A stretch of DNA of 64,000 bases from an uncultured Lachnospiraceae bacterium (GCA_964424345.1 CAYRIK010000005.1:5883-69882); one strand, 5' to 3'. Positions 1-10,637 are shown, counted from the stretch's first letter. Translations and numbers: made by a program. Notes: generated by a model not told the origin, from the sequence alone.

Positions 1-1517
1 CAAGCATTTTGAACGTCTGCTACATCTCCTACATTCAATCTCTGTGCCTGATCTCTTGTAACAGATACTTCCATTGTATATTCCGTACCATCTGGAACGA
101 TTGTAGCAACCTGTTCTCCTTTGATTGTTGTAGTTCCTGCTGTTAATACGATGTCCTGTACTGTACCGGATGTTGGTGCAACAATATTTCCACCCTGAGA
201 TTTTTCTCTTAATTCTTCTACTAATTCTCTCTGCTCCTGAATGTTTTGAAGTTCTGTAGAAAGTGTACTTTCTGTTGTCATCTGTGCCAAAATAGCTGTA
301 ATCTCAGCTTCTTTGCTGTCTCTTATCGCTTTTTGGTTTTGTACATATTCTTCATTGATATCAATTACGCGCTGATACTGTGCAATTGCTGTAGAATGAT
401 CAGGGCCTGCTGCTTCATAAGCCTTTAATGCTGCCTGTTCTGCATTTTTAGCAGCTGTCAAATCGTTGTTTGCTGTAACAACAGCACCAAAGATGTCTGC
501 TTTTTCCTGTTCTTGTTCTATTGTTTCTTCTGCCTGTGCAAGATTGATATAAATAGAACTTTCTTTATGTGCTGCTAACTCATTTACAGCACCATCCCAT
601 GCTTCCTGTGCAAGCTGCTGTTTTGTCTTTTTCTCACCAGTTGCTTCATTTACAACGACTTCTTCTTTTCCAGTTCCGCTTGCAATAACCTGCTCTAATT
701 CTGCTTTTGCAGATGCAACTTTACTTTCATATCCTGCTCTTACAGTTTCTGCCTGTTCGTATTCCAGACTGCCCTTAATATCACTTACTGTCTTTTGTGC
801 TTCTTTAACTGCATTTTGTGCCTCTGTCTGTTTTGTCTGTGCTTCTGCTGCATTTGCTGCACCTGATGCTGCTAAAGCATTTTTGTATACTGCTTCTGCG
901 TTTGCTCTTGCAGATACACTTGCTTCATACGCAAGTCGTTTTTCTGTAGAAGAAGCACTTGTTTCATTTTCAGCTTCTCTTTTCAGTTCTTTTACTTTGT
1001 CGATTTCTGCTTCATAAGATGCAATGTCTGCATCCATTTTTTCGATTTCGCTTCTCAAAGTTTCTACTTGCTGTTTATATGTGTTGTAATTTGTAAACTG
1101 ACCGTTTAAAATCTGATCTACTGTTTTAGAATCCAGTTCTGCTGTTAAAGCGCTCTGTCTGTAAGCACTGATCATCTGATCCAATGTTTTTTGAGCCTCT
1201 TTTAACTCTGCACTGTCTCCTTCTTTTAAGAAAAATAACACCTGTCCTTTTTCTACACGATCTCCATTTCTTACAGCTACACTTTCGATATTTCTATCAG
1301 AATCTGCTGTTACAACATATGGATCTCCTGCATGTACCGTACCATTTCCTCTAACCTTGGCCTGAATTGTACCGCTGCTGACATATTCTGCTGATACTTC
1401 AGGAAGTGAATAGTTCATAATAGAATTTGAAAAAAAGGTAAGCAGCAACATGATGATTAAAAATACAATTACTGCATTTTTAATCCAGTCCCTCTTTTTT
1501 CCAACATTTTCATTCAT
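1..1517 (-). CDS. HlyD-family membrane-fusion / periplasmic adaptor protein, partial (C-terminus beyond left edge)
   Basis: Own reverse-strand translation from ATG at 1517 (frame checked at 659 and 59): MNENVGKKRDWIKNAVIVFLIIMLLLTFF (TM anchor), then lipoyl-like half-site GTIQAKVRGNGTVHAGDPYVV..VAVRNGDRVEKGQVLFFL. About 330 aa of Ala/Glu/Lys/Gln-rich coiled coil follow, then IVAPTSGTVQDIV..GEQVATIVP. No stop before position 1, hence absent from the ORF track. Confidence 0.7.
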   Translation of the reverse strand, partial: MNENVGKKRDWIKNAVIVFLIIMLLLTFFSNSIMNYSLPEVSAEYVSSGTIQAKVRGNGTVHAGDPYVVTADSDRNIESVAVRNGDRVEKGQVLFFLKEGDSAELKEAQKTLDQMISAYRQSALTAELDSKTVDQILNGQFTNYNTYKQQVETLRSEIEKMDADIASYEAEIDKVKELKREAENETSASSTEKRLAYEASVSARANAEAVYKNALAASGAANAAEAQTKQTEAQNAVKEAQKTVSDIKGSLEYEQAETVRAGYESKVASAKAELEQVIASGTGKEEVVVNEATGEKKTKQQLAQEAWDGAVNELAAHKESSIYINLAQAEETIEQEQEKADIFGAVVTANNDLTAAKNAEQAALKAYEAAGPDHSTAIAQYQRVIDINEEYVQNQKAIRDSKEAEITAILAQMTTESTLSTELQNIQEQRELVEELREKSQGGNIVAPTSGTVQDIVLTAGTTTIKGEQVATIVPDGTEYTMEVSVTRDQAQRLNVGDVADVQNA

Positions 1518-1538
1518 AAATCCTGCCCTCGTTCTTTC

Positions 1539-2456
1539 CTAACCTTTTATACCACCTTGATAAGCAATACCTTCTACCAGATAATCCTCACCATATAAAA
1601 ATACAAATAAACTTGGTATCATGTAAATCGTTGCCACTGCAAATGCAAGGCCAAGTTCTCCACTGTTTATCTTACTTAAAAATACACTTAATGGATGCAT
1701 TTCTGTATTTTTTAATAAAATTAACGGCTGTTCTACCATGTTCCAATAATCCATAAATACCAAAATAGCTGCAGAACAGATTGCACTCTTGCAAAGCGGA
1801 ACACTAATAGATGTAAAAATCTGAAGTTCTCCTGCTCCGTCAATTTCTGCTGCCTCTATAATACCAACCGGTATTCTTCTCATATATTTTGTCAGTAAAA
1901 ATACTGCAAATGGAGAAAAGATACCCGGAAGCCATATCGCCCATCTTGTGTCTAATATGTTCAGCCAGTTGCTTACCAGATAGTTTGGTACTAATGTAAC
2001 CTGATACGGCATAAGCATCAATATAATATACGCAAAGAAAATAATTTCTTTGATTTTTCCGCGATATCTGCTGAATCCATATGCTGCAAGCAACGCTACA
2101 GTCAACTGGAATACAACAATTGGAACTACTAATATAACGGAATTCCAAAATTTAATCAAATAATCAGGACTCTTCAATAATACTGTAATATACTGATCAA
2201 ACGATACCATATCCGGAATAAATTTTAAATTTACTTTTTCGGAAATATAAACTTTTCCTCCACTTGCACCTGTTGCAAATACTCGACCATAATTGGCATT
2301 AATTTCTGTACCTGTCATAAAGGAATTGCTGATTGTCAATATAATCGGTGTCAAGAATAACACTGCAAAAAAGGCTGCTATGAAAAAAGCGAGTGTCAAA
2401 CGCACTATATCACGTTTTTTCTGGAGTTTGGAACGTTTCTTTGATGTACTGCTCAT
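1539..2456 (-). CDS. carbohydrate ABC transporter permease (CUT1 family, MalG-like)
   Basis: 305-aa multi-TM ORF with EAA-type loop IEAAEIDGAGELQIFTSISVPL. Its start overlaps the stop of the upstream permease by 1 nt. Confidence 0.85.
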   Translation of the reverse strand: MSSTSKKRSKLQKKRDIVRLTLAFFIAAFFAVLFLTPIILTISNSFMTGTEINANYGRVFATGASGGKVYISEKVNLKFIPDMVSFDQYITVLLKSPDYLIKFWNSVILVVPIVVFQLTVALLAAYGFSRYRGKIKEIIFFAYIILMLMPYQVTLVPNYLVSNWLNILDTRWAIWLPGIFSPFAVFLLTKYMRRIPVGIIEAAEIDGAGELQIFTSISVPLCKSAICSAAILVFMDYWNMVEQPLILLKNTEMHPLSVFLSKINSGELGLAFAVATIYMIPSLFVFLYGEDYLVEGIAYQGGIKG

Positions 2457-3394
2457 TATCCTTCCACATCCTTTCCAAAACGATTTTCTACAGTAAACAT
2501 AATTCCGATAATGACGATCATGACGATACTCATCAAAATAGCTGCTGCACTCAGATTTTGATAATCTAATTTATCAAACATATTATTCATATAATGCTGC
2601 AGCAAATATAAACTGTCATACGGATAACCACCCGTCATTAAATATACTTCTCTGAATACCTTGAAAGAATTGATTAATGACATAATCGTTACAAATAATA
2701 TTGTAGATGACATAAATCGCAATTTGATATGCCAAAATATCTGAAATTTATTTGCATTTTCCAAACGAGCTACCTCAATCAGTTCGGTTGGAATATTTGA
2801 CAGTGCTGCCATAAATAAGATCATATTGTAACCAAGATTTTTCCAAAGGAACAAAATAACGATTACAATATATGCCTTATCCGATTTCAGCCAGTCAATC
2901 TTATCTACCCCAAAATGGGACAGCCAATCATTTATAACACCATTGTAATGGAACAATACCTGCCAGATTAATACAACACTGGCTACCGGTACCATCATAG
3001 GACTTAAAAAGAAGGTTCTAAACTGACTTCTAAATGGAATCTTCCATTCCAACACGACCGCAAGCAGCAGAGAAAGTACTACTGCCAACGGCACTGCTAT
3101 ACAAGAGAATCGAATCGTATTAAATACTGCTTTTTTAAATGCTGCATTATTCATTACACGTTTGAAATTTTCTAATCCTACAAATTCCATATTGATTGGA
3201 TTATCTACTACCGAATACGCGATAACAACCAAAAATGGGAGAATAAAGAATAGCAGCACACCGAGCATACTCGGTAATAAAAAAGCTGTAGATACGCGTC
3301 GTTTGCTCTTTTCATGTCGTCCTCTTTTTTTGTATGTATTCTGCCCTGCCCATTGCTTATATTTTCGGTCTATTTTAAATGGTTTCGGTTTCAT
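2456..3394 (-). CDS. sugar ABC transporter permease (CUT1 family, MalF-like)
   Basis: 312-aa multi-TM ORF with EAA-type loop LIEVARLENANKFQIFWHIKLR. Adjacent to a binding protein and a second permease. Confidence 0.85.
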   Translation of the reverse strand: MKPKPFKIDRKYKQWAGQNTYKKRGRHEKSKRRVSTAFLLPSMLGVLLFFILPFLVVIAYSVVDNPINMEFVGLENFKRVMNNAAFKKAVFNTIRFSCIAVPLAVVLSLLLAVVLEWKIPFRSQFRTFFLSPMMVPVASVVLIWQVLFHYNGVINDWLSHFGVDKIDWLKSDKAYIVIVILFLWKNLGYNMILFMAALSNIPTELIEVARLENANKFQIFWHIKLRFMSSTILFVTIMSLINSFKVFREVYLMTGGYPYDSLYLLQHYMNNMFDKLDYQNLSAAAILMSIVMIVIIGIMFTVENRFGKDVEG

Positions 3395-3428
3395 AATAAT
3401 AAAGGACTCTCCTTTGTCTGCTCTCGTA

Positions 3429-5768
3429 TCAGTTATTTTCTGCTAAATATAAACCGATACGGTTTTGTATAATAGAAGCTACTTCCTGCGCGCTCTTTTG
3501 ATCATTCAAATATGGCTGAAGTTCTTCTATGATAATACCGAACAATTCAGTATCATTGTTTGCCTTTGCACACGCACCATTTACGAGTGCTAACAGCTTA
3601 TCTGCATCTTCCTGTGTGCATGGTCGGTAATCATAACTCCAATCACCCCATCCAATTCCATGTCCGCCTTGCTCTGGAATTGGATTTCCTTCTTCATCTA
3701 AAATAAGATTTCCATCTTCATCTTTGATATATTTTACGTCAACCTTATCTTCTACATAAGCATCAAATGCTGGTTTATAAGAAGAAAAACCATAATAGTT
3801 ATGACTATTTACATCATATTCTTTTGTAAGCGTATCTATTATAAACTCTGCTGCAACCTGCTTCTGATCAGATTTAGAACAAACAGCATATGTTGTATTA
3901 TAAGCTACGATCAAAGAACCATTTCCTGCAACACCTGGCATACCAATGAAGGTTGCTCCATTGTCTCCTAAATATGCTTCGCAAAGCTGAATATCATCTA
4001 AAGTTGACAAAGTTTCTGTTGTCATAAAGACATCCCCTTTAGATAATAAGATTGGATCAACAGGAATATCTCCGTCATAATTGTACTCCTTAGGAAATGT
4101 TTTGGCAATCTCTAATAAGGACAGAAATTCCTCTGTATCAAAATGGCAAACACCATTCTCCCTATCAATAAAATTATCATATCCACTCATCAAAAATGTT
4201 GTTATGATAGATTCCTGTGTCGCGTTGCTTAAAAACTTCATGCCATCTGGCAGATTTTGCAACATTTCCACTGCTTCTGCAAGTGTCCAACCCATTTTAT
4301 CTCCTGCAATTTTACGATTGGCAACTGCAGTTCTAATACCAACACAAGATGGCAATGCATAAATCTTATCGTTTACTTTATATGTATTTACAACACCTTC
4401 CAAAAAGTCATCCAAAGAATAACCAGCCTGTTCCATATATGGTGTTAATTCTTCTAATATTCCTTTTTGTACCAATTCAGGAAGGCTTAACACTCCGCCA
4501 TTATCAGATACATTCAAAATATCCGGAGCATTATTTCCTGTCAGTTCATTTTTCATACGATTTGCTGCTTCTGCAATATACTGATCGTAATTATCATAAT
4601 CTGCCTGTGACATAGAACTATAATCAACATACTCTATTACTTTAATACGATACTCATCATTTGCTTTGTTAAATGCTACAACATCTTTTTGAAGCGTATC
4701 ACTCATATACATTGTTGCAAGGGTAAGAATTGTCTTTTCCTTCACATCCTTACTGTTTGTCTTTACTAATTTTACAAAAGACTCTTCATCCGTTTCCCAA
4801 TCGCTGTAATAGCCGTAAATTTCTTCTGTATTTTCACAGAAAATACCAGTGATATTGTTGCCGTTAATATCGCAATCTAACCAATCTAATACCTTTTCTG
4901 TTTCTCCTGTTTCTAATGACATCGCACGTACAGCACTGCCGTCAGAATAATAAATCTTGTAGTCATCCCCAACCTGGTAAAAGCCGCTTAAATAATCGCT
5001 AAGCGTATATGTTTTGCCTAACGCTTTTGTTGTTTTATCAATTACACTAAGCTGATTTGCATCTGTACCGTAATAACTTACACATACACTGCCATCTGGC
5101 ATATTTCCAATGTTTTGGATATAAGTTCCAATATCTACAATAAAATCCTTTGTACCATCTTCTTTTAATGCTACTACTTGCTGATTAAACTGTAAATAAA
5201 CAACAGCATCCTTATCTACAGCAACATTTTCTAAGTATACCCAATCATCATTTTTTTCTAATTCTTTGCAAATATCTGATACATCCCAATCTGATAAGAC
5301 ATTTCCTTGTGCATCCAATTTTAAAATTCTATATGTGGATGTTCCTGACATGGTTGCTTCATTCCACTCATATTTTTCTGCACAGACTACTGGTGTACCG
5401 TCTTCTTGTACTGTAAAATAATTGATATATGTCCTATCATCTTCAAAAGAAACTGGTATTCTCTGAAGTGTTTCATCTTTTAAAGACTTTAACCATAATT
5501 CCTGTGTCTGTTTATATGTCGTCTCGTCATAAGATTGGAAAATACCAAGCTGATATCCATTTATTACCCCATATGTATTTATCCAATCATTTGCTCCGAT
5601 TTTTTCACCCCAATCAAAATAACTAGATACATATACATATTCCGGCTGTTTTTGTACTTGTTCGGAACTATTTACATTTGTATTATCCTTATTTCCATTT
5701 CCACATCCAGACAATGTGCCAATTCCTATGACAGCACAAAGCATCAATGCTACAATTTTCTTTTTCAT
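3429..5768 (-). CDS. extracellular solute-binding lipoprotein with roughly 320-aa N-terminal extra domain
   Basis: 779 aa. Signal peptide plus lipobox (GTLSGC, Cys22). C-terminal ~430 aa look like a family-1 ABC solute-binding protein. Residues 23-344 are an additional domain with periodic DG[TS]/QGN strand motifs. Confidence 0.75.
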   Translation of the reverse strand: MKKKIVALMLCAVIGIGTLSGCGNGNKDNTNVNSSEQVQKQPEYVYVSSYFDWGEKIGANDWINTYGVINGYQLGIFQSYDETTYKQTQELWLKSLKDETLQRIPVSFEDDRTYINYFTVQEDGTPVVCAEKYEWNEATMSGTSTYRILKLDAQGNVLSDWDVSDICKELEKNDDWVYLENVAVDKDAVVYLQFNQQVVALKEDGTKDFIVDIGTYIQNIGNMPDGSVCVSYYGTDANQLSVIDKTTKALGKTYTLSDYLSGFYQVGDDYKIYYSDGSAVRAMSLETGETEKVLDWLDCDINGNNITGIFCENTEEIYGYYSDWETDEESFVKLVKTNSKDVKEKTILTLATMYMSDTLQKDVVAFNKANDEYRIKVIEYVDYSSMSQADYDNYDQYIAEAANRMKNELTGNNAPDILNVSDNGGVLSLPELVQKGILEELTPYMEQAGYSLDDFLEGVVNTYKVNDKIYALPSCVGIRTAVANRKIAGDKMGWTLAEAVEMLQNLPDGMKFLSNATQESIITTFLMSGYDNFIDRENGVCHFDTEEFLSLLEIAKTFPKEYNYDGDIPVDPILLSKGDVFMTTETLSTLDDIQLCEAYLGDNGATFIGMPGVAGNGSLIVAYNTTYAVCSKSDQKQVAAEFIIDTLTKEYDVNSHNYYGFSSYKPAFDAYVEDKVDVKYIKDEDGNLILDEEGNPIPEQGGHGIGWGDWSYDYRPCTQEDADKLLALVNGACAKANNDTELFGIIIEELQPYLNDQKSAQEVASIIQNRIGLYLAENN

Positions 5769-5844
5769 ACCTATACTCCTTATATTACATATTCGTAATA
5801 CTTATTAGTATACTTTATTTCTTTTTGTATGTAAATTTAAGTTT

Positions 5845-6774
5845 TTATGAAGATTTTCGAATATCTTTTAGCACTTCTGACGGAATTTCAAATTCTACAG
5901 CTCCCATATACATCGGTGCTACATCACCTTCATTAAAAGCAATCACAATATTGTTATTTTCATTTAAATAAAAAGAAGTTTCATCGGTGATTTTTGCAAA
6001 ATTCCACTCTTCCACGTCTTGCTCTAACCAATACATCACCATATCATCTGCTTTCATCTGTTCTTTCATTTGCAGTTTGATATTTTCGCTGATTAGAGTA
6101 ATATAATCAGCTCCTTCTACAAACAAATCTTTTAACTCCAGACGTTTCCCACTGTTTAAATCAATTGTATAATAGTAATTCCATTCATATCCACTTCCTG
6201 CACCTTGATAACAACAAAGCTTTAATGTAAAATATCCCGGAATTGTAGGCAATGCTATGCTTTCTACATTTAACTGCTGATATCCCATTTCATCATGCAT
6301 ATACTGTTCGAAATCATGCACCAATCCATCTGTAATTTCTTGAATTTCTTGATTAATTTCACTCGTTGTCTTTTCCAATCCAACGCTTCTTGTATCCTTT
6401 GCCAATGCAATGGCATCTACTTTCACATCCGCACTATGTCTTTGTGTTTCATAATGATAATCTCGAAATGTTACAAGACGAACTAAATTACCGATCATTG
6501 GAATCTGTTCCATTGCATATGCTACTTGAAAAGAAGTATTTGGCAAAATCAAAAACAACGCCAGACACGCACTAAGTGCCATTGCAGCTCCATGATATTT
6601 GTATTTTCGTTCTTTTTTAACACGTTTTTCTTGTTTTGCTGTTTTTATTGTCTGCCGAAGACACTCCAACTGTTCTTCTGACATCTGAACTTGCTTATAA
6701 TTATGCTTCAAAGATTTTAAGACCTTTTCGGCCCGCTCATTTGCTTCTTTTGTTTCAGGAAAAATATAAATCAT
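5845..6774 (-). CDS. anti-sigma factor, RsiV-like (DUF4163/DUF3298 extracytoplasmic domain)
   Basis: 309 aa. Cytoplasmic N-terminus, one TM (AAMALSACLALFLILP). C-terminal pattern TIDLNSGKRLELKDLF ... IVIAFNEGDVAPMYMGAVEFEIPSEVL is typical of DUF3298. Lies 16 nt downstream of an ECF sigma gene. Confidence 0.65.
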   Translation of the reverse strand: MIYIFPETKEANERAEKVLKSLKHNYKQVQMSEEQLECLRQTIKTAKQEKRVKKERKYKYHGAAMALSACLALFLILPNTSFQVAYAMEQIPMIGNLVRLVTFRDYHYETQRHSADVKVDAIALAKDTRSVGLEKTTSEINQEIQEITDGLVHDFEQYMHDEMGYQQLNVESIALPTIPGYFTLKLCCYQGAGSGYEWNYYYTIDLNSGKRLELKDLFVEGADYITLISENIKLQMKEQMKADDMVMYWLEQDVEEWNFAKITDETSFYLNENNNIVIAFNEGDVAPMYMGAVEFEIPSEVLKDIRKSS

Positions 6775-6790
6775 ATGTTGATTCCTTTCT

Positions 6791-7318
6791 TTAAACTATA
6801 TTCTGGTTTGCATCTTCTGAAAGTGTGATACGCATTTTCTTCATACAACGATACAATCTGCTTTTGATTGTATTGATATTTTCTCCAAGTAATTCTGCTA
6901 TTTCTTCTATTTTCTTATCTTCAAAGAAGCGTAATAAAATAATCGCCTTTTCTTCTGGTGCAAGTGAATCTAACACTCTTTGTAAATCAATATCTGCGTA
7001 TGCATCTTCTTGGTAGCCAACACCTTTTTCATCCGTCTCCAGTATGGCATCATAAGAAATAAATTTGGGCTGTTTTACATATTTAAAGATTTCGTTCAGC
7101 ATCACTCTATATACCCATGTTTTTGCATATTCTTGATTATGTAATGTATGACTTCCTTTTATTGCTTTATATGCTCCATTTTGAACAATATCCATTGCAT
7201 CATCTTCATTATGTACATAGCTGTAAGCTAATCGATAATACTGGTTGTAATGTTCTAAAATAATTTCTTCTACTAATTCCTGATTCTTTTTCTTTTTGGC
7301 TTTTATAAATAACGCCAA
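6791..7318 (-). CDS. ECF-type RNA polymerase sigma-70 family factor
   Basis: 175 aa with region 2 (DAMDIVQNGAYKAI..TWVYRVMLNE) and region 4 HTH (IEEIAELLGENINTIKSRLYRCMKKM). TTG start preceded by GGGAGGGAG. Confidence 0.85.
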   Translation of the reverse strand: MALFIKAKKKKNQELVEEIILEHYNQYYRLAYSYVHNEDDAMDIVQNGAYKAIKGSHTLHNQEYAKTWVYRVMLNEIFKYVKQPKFISYDAILETDEKGVGYQEDAYADIDLQRVLDSLAPEEKAIILLRFFEDKKIEEIAELLGENINTIKSRLYRCMKKMRITLSEDANQNIV

Positions 7319-7354
7319 CCTTCTCCCTCCCTTTTGTCCGTTCGTTTATTAGAT

Positions 7355-7382
7355 ATTATATAGGGTAAAAAAGTTTCGTCAA
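7355..7382 (-). promoter_or_regulatory. candidate sigma-A promoter of the ECF sigma operon
   Basis: Minus strand reads TTGACG-16 nt-TATAAT about 35 nt upstream of the sigma start. Confidence 0.35.
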
Positions 7383-7440
7383 TGTGATAAAATAACCACA
7401 TTTTTTATTTGTTTCTGTATACTATTATATGAGTATTTCA

Positions 7441-7492
7441 AAACAAACGAAAAGGCTACTTAACTAGTCATTACAACTAATTAAATAGCCTT
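7441..7492 (-). terminator. rho-independent terminator after tpiA
   Basis: Imperfect 16-bp stem (aaggctacttaactag / ctaattaaatagcctt) followed on the minus strand by TTTTCGTTTGTTT. Confidence 0.5.
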
Positions 7493-7541
7493 CTTAGCAC
7501 GTTATTTATTTCAAAATCTGTTTATTTTGTATAAATACTTA

Positions 7542-8291
7542 TTATTTGTTATAGCAAACGATCTTGCCAAATTCTGGCTTAAGAGAAGCCCCGCCAACTA
7601 AACCGCCGTCGATGTTTTCTTTTGCAAATAATTCAGCTGCGTTTCCGCCGTTTACAGAACCGCCGTACTGGATACGGATAGCTGCTGCTGTTGCATCATC
7701 ATAAACTTCTGCAACACAAGCTCTGATTGCTGCACAAACTTCTTCAGCCTGATCACTTGTAGCTGTCATACCTGTACCGATAGCCCAGATTGGTTCATAA
7801 GCGATAACTGCTGTTGCAGCCTGCTCTGCTGTTACATTTAAGAGAGCAATCTTAATCTGCTGACGAACGAAATCAATAGTAACGCCCTGTTCTCTCTGTG
7901 TTAAAGTTTCACCACAGCAGATGATAGGTGTGATACCATGTTCGAAAGCCTTTAATACTTTCTTATTTACTGTTTCATCTGTTTCAGCAAAATATTCTCT
8001 TCTTTCAGAGTGACCGATAATAACATACTTAACGCCTGCATCTACTAACATAGCTGGAGAAATTTCGCCTGTGTAAGCGCCTTTTTCTTCAAAGTACATA
8101 TTTTCAGCACCGATCTGAATGTTGCTGCCCTTTGCAGCTTCCATAGCTGGAATGATATCAATAGCTGGTACGCAGAATACTACGTCAACATCTTCGTTAG
8201 CTACTACTGGCTTTAATTCTTCAACTAAAGCTACAGCCTGGCTAGGAGTCATGTTCATTTTCCAGTTACCTGCAACGATTTTCTTTCTCAT
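7542..8291 (-). CDS. tpiA: triose-phosphate isomerase
   Basis: 249 aa. Motifs GHSERR and [11 protein letters not shown]. Last gene of the gap-pgk-tpiA block. Confidence 0.97.
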   Translation of the reverse strand: MRKKIVAGNWKMNMTPSQAVALVEELKPVVANEDVDVVFCVPAIDIIPAMEAAKGSNIQIGAENMYFEEKGAYTGEISPAMLVDAGVKYVIIGHSERREYFAETDETVNKKVLKAFEHGITPIICCGETLTQREQGVTIDFVRQQIKIALLNVTAEQAATAVIAYEPIWAIGTGMTATSDQAEEVCAAIRACVAEVYDDATAAAIRIQYGGSVNGGNAAELFAKENIDGGLVGGASLKPEFGKIVCYNK

Positions 8292-8323
8292 TATAAAATA
8301 CCTCTTTAGAATATTATGATAAA

Positions 8324-9550
8324 TTAAGCGCGGTCATCTGCTGCAACAACGCCTGGAAGTTCCTTACCTTCTAAGAACTCTAAGGAAGCACCGCCACCTG
8401 TAGAGATATGGCTCATCTTGTCAGCGAAACCTAACTGGTTAACTGCTGCTGCAGAGTCACCACCACCGATGATTGTAGTAGCTTCTGTTTCAGATAAAGC
8501 CTTAGCTACTGCGATAGTACCTTTTGCAAGAACAGGGTTTTCGAATACACCCATAGGTCCATTCCATACAACTGTCTTTGCTGTCTTAACAGCTTCTGCG
8601 AATAATTCAGCAGACTTTGGTCCGATATCAAGACCCATAACACCTGCTGGGATAGCATCTGCTGCTACATATTCTACTTCGATTTCAGCGTCGATAGGAT
8701 TTGGGAAAGAAGCTGCAACTGCTGCATCGATAGGAAGTAATAACTTCTTGCCTAACTTTTCAGCCTTAGCAAGCATTTCTCTACAGTAATCAAGCTTTTC
8801 ATCATCAACTAATGAATTACCGATTTCCATACCCTGTGCTTTTAAGAATGTGAATGCCATACCACCACCGATGATTAATGTATCACATTTCTCAAGTAAG
8901 TTAGAGATAACGTTTAACTTATCAGCAACCTTTGCACCACCAAGAATAGCTACGAAAGGTCTTACTGGATTTTCTACTGCATTGCCTAAGAATTCGATTT
9001 CTTTCTGCATTAAGTAACCAACTGCGTTCTCGCCGCCCTTAGCTGTGATGAACTTTGTAACACCTTCTACAGAAGCGTGTGCTCTATGAGAAGAACCGAA
9101 AGCGTCACATACATATACGTCTGCAAGATCAGCTAATTCCTTAGAGAATTCTTCGCCGTTCTTTGTTTCTTCTTTGCCACGGAAACGTGTATTCTGTAAT
9201 AATACTACATCACCATTGTTCATAGCTTCTACAGCCTTAGTAGCTGCTTCGCCTGTTACGTTGTAATCAGAAACGAAAACAACTTCTTTTCCTAATTTAG
9301 CTGTTAAGCTTGCTGCTACTGGAGCTAAAGATTCGCCTTCGTTAGGGCCGTTTTTAACTTTGCCTAAGTGAGAGCAAAGAATAACTTTACCACCGTCATT
9401 GATTAATTTCTTAATTGTAGGCAGTGCTGCATTGATACGAGTTTCGTCTGTGATCTTGCCTTCCTTTAAAGGTACGTTAAAGTCACATCTAACGAGTACT
9501 CTCTTGCCATTTACGTTGATATCATCAACTGACTTCTTATTTAAACCCAT
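8324..9550 (-). CDS. pgk: phosphoglycerate kinase
   Basis: [13 protein letters not shown]-terminal motif, full-length Pgk. ATG at 9550 is preceded by GGAGGA; the track start at 9565 is a TTG inside that RBS. Confidence 0.97.
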   Translation of the reverse strand: MGLNKKSVDDINVNGKRVLVRCDFNVPLKEGKITDETRINAALPTIKKLINDGGKVILCSHLGKVKNGPNEGESLAPVAASLTAKLGKEVVFVSDYNVTGEAATKAVEAMNNGDVVLLQNTRFRGKEETKNGEEFSKELADLADVYVCDAFGSSHRAHASVEGVTKFITAKGGENAVGYLMQKEIEFLGNAVENPVRPFVAILGGAKVADKLNVISNLLEKCDTLIIGGGMAFTFLKAQGMEIGNSLVDDEKLDYCREMLAKAEKLGKKLLLPIDAAVAASFPNPIDAEIEVEYVAADAIPAGVMGLDIGPKSAELFAEAVKTAKTVVWNGPMGVFENPVLAKGTIAVAKALSETEATTIIGGGDSAAAVNQLGFADKMSHISTGGGASLEFLEGKELPGVVAADDRA

Positions 9551-9623
9551 TGTAATATCCTCCAAAAAAATTTTGAGGTCCAGTCCAAGAGACCGGACCT
9601 CATTAGGTCAATGAAATAACAGA

Positions 9624-10637
9624 TTATGCTAACTCAGCGAAGTACTTAATTGTCTTAACCATCTGAGATGTGTAGCTGTTTTCGTTATCATACCAAGATA
9701 CAACCTGTACCTGAGTATTGCCATCTTCCATAGGTGCTACCATTGTCTGTGTAGCATCGAATAAAGAGCCGTATGTCATACCGATAACGTCAGAAGAAAC
9801 GATTTCATCTGTGTTGTATCCGTAAGAATCTGTAGAAGCTGCCTTCATAGCTGCGTTGATTTCGTCCTTTGTAACCTGACCCTTAACAACTGCAACTAAG
9901 ATTGTTGTAGAACCTGTAGGGGTTGGAACACGCTGTGCAGAACCGATTAACTTACCGTTTAATTCTGGGATAACTAAACCGATAGCCTTTGCAGCACCTG
10001 TAGAGTTAGGAACGATATTCTGAGCACCTGCACGAGCACGTCTCTTATCACCCTTTCTCTGAGGACCGTCTAAGATCATCTGATCGCCTGTGTAAGCGTG
10101 AACTGTTGTCATGATACCGCTCTGGATTGGAGCTAAATCATTTAAAGCCTTAGCCATAGGAGCTAAGCAGTTTGTTGTACAAGAAGCAGCGGAGATAATC
10201 TTATCTTCTGCTGTTAATGTGTTGTGGTTTACATTGTAAACGATAGTTGGTAAATCGTTACCTGCTGGAGCAGAGATAACAACCTTCTTTGCACCTGCTT
10301 CGATATGAGCCTGTGCTTTTGCTTTGCTTGTGTAGAAACCTGTACATTCAAGAACAACGTCTACGTCAAGTTCGCCCCATGGAAGTTCAGCTGCGTTAGC
10401 TTTTGCATAGATTGTGATTGTCTTGCCGTTTACTGTGATAGAGTTTTCACCAGCTACTACTGTGCTAGCGTATTTGTAAGTACCCTGTGCTGTATCATAC
10501 TTTAATAAGTGAGCAAGCATTTCAGGACTTGTTAAGTCGTTGATTGCTACTACTTCATAACCTTCAGCATCGAACATCTGTCTGAAAGCAAGACGACCGA
10601 TACGGCCAAAACCATTAATTGCTACTTTAACTGCCAT
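9624..10637 (-). CDS. gap: type I glyceraldehyde-3-phosphate dehydrogenase
   Basis: 337 aa. NGFGRIGR Rossmann motif, catalytic SCTTNC, strong codon bias. Confidence 0.97.
   Translation of the reverse strand: MAVKVAINGFGRIGRLAFRQMFDAEGYEVVAINDLTSPEMLAHLLKYDTAQGTYKYASTVVAGENSITVNGKTITIYAKANAAELPWGELDVDVVLECTGFYTSKAKAQAHIEAGAKKVVISAPAGNDLPTIVYNVNHNTLTAEDKIISAASCTTNCLAPMAKALNDLAPIQSGIMTTVHAYTGDQMILDGPQRKGDKRRARAGAQNIVPNSTGAAKAIGLVIPELNGKLIGSAQRVPTPTGSTTILVAVVKGQVTKDEINAAMKAASTDSYGYNTDEIVSSDVIGMTYGSLFDATQTMVAPMEDGNTQVQVVSWYDNENSYTSQMVKTIKYFAELA

Noticed and set aside
246-428. 60-aa Cys-rich plus-strand ORF
   Set aside because: It lies antisense within the coiled-coil region of the HlyD-type adaptor gene. 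It has a TTG start, no RBS and an implausible composition.
8418-8789. Long plus-strand ORFs inside pgk, tsf, groEL, polC, dxr, cdsA and others (for example 8418-8789, 28867-29175, 30841-31047, 42884-43261, 47608-47994)
   Set aside because: These are antisense shadow ORFs of strongly codon-biased genes. Their products are low-complexity (Ser/Ala/Pro/Ile-rich), they have no RBS, and they are fully nested in well-supported genes.
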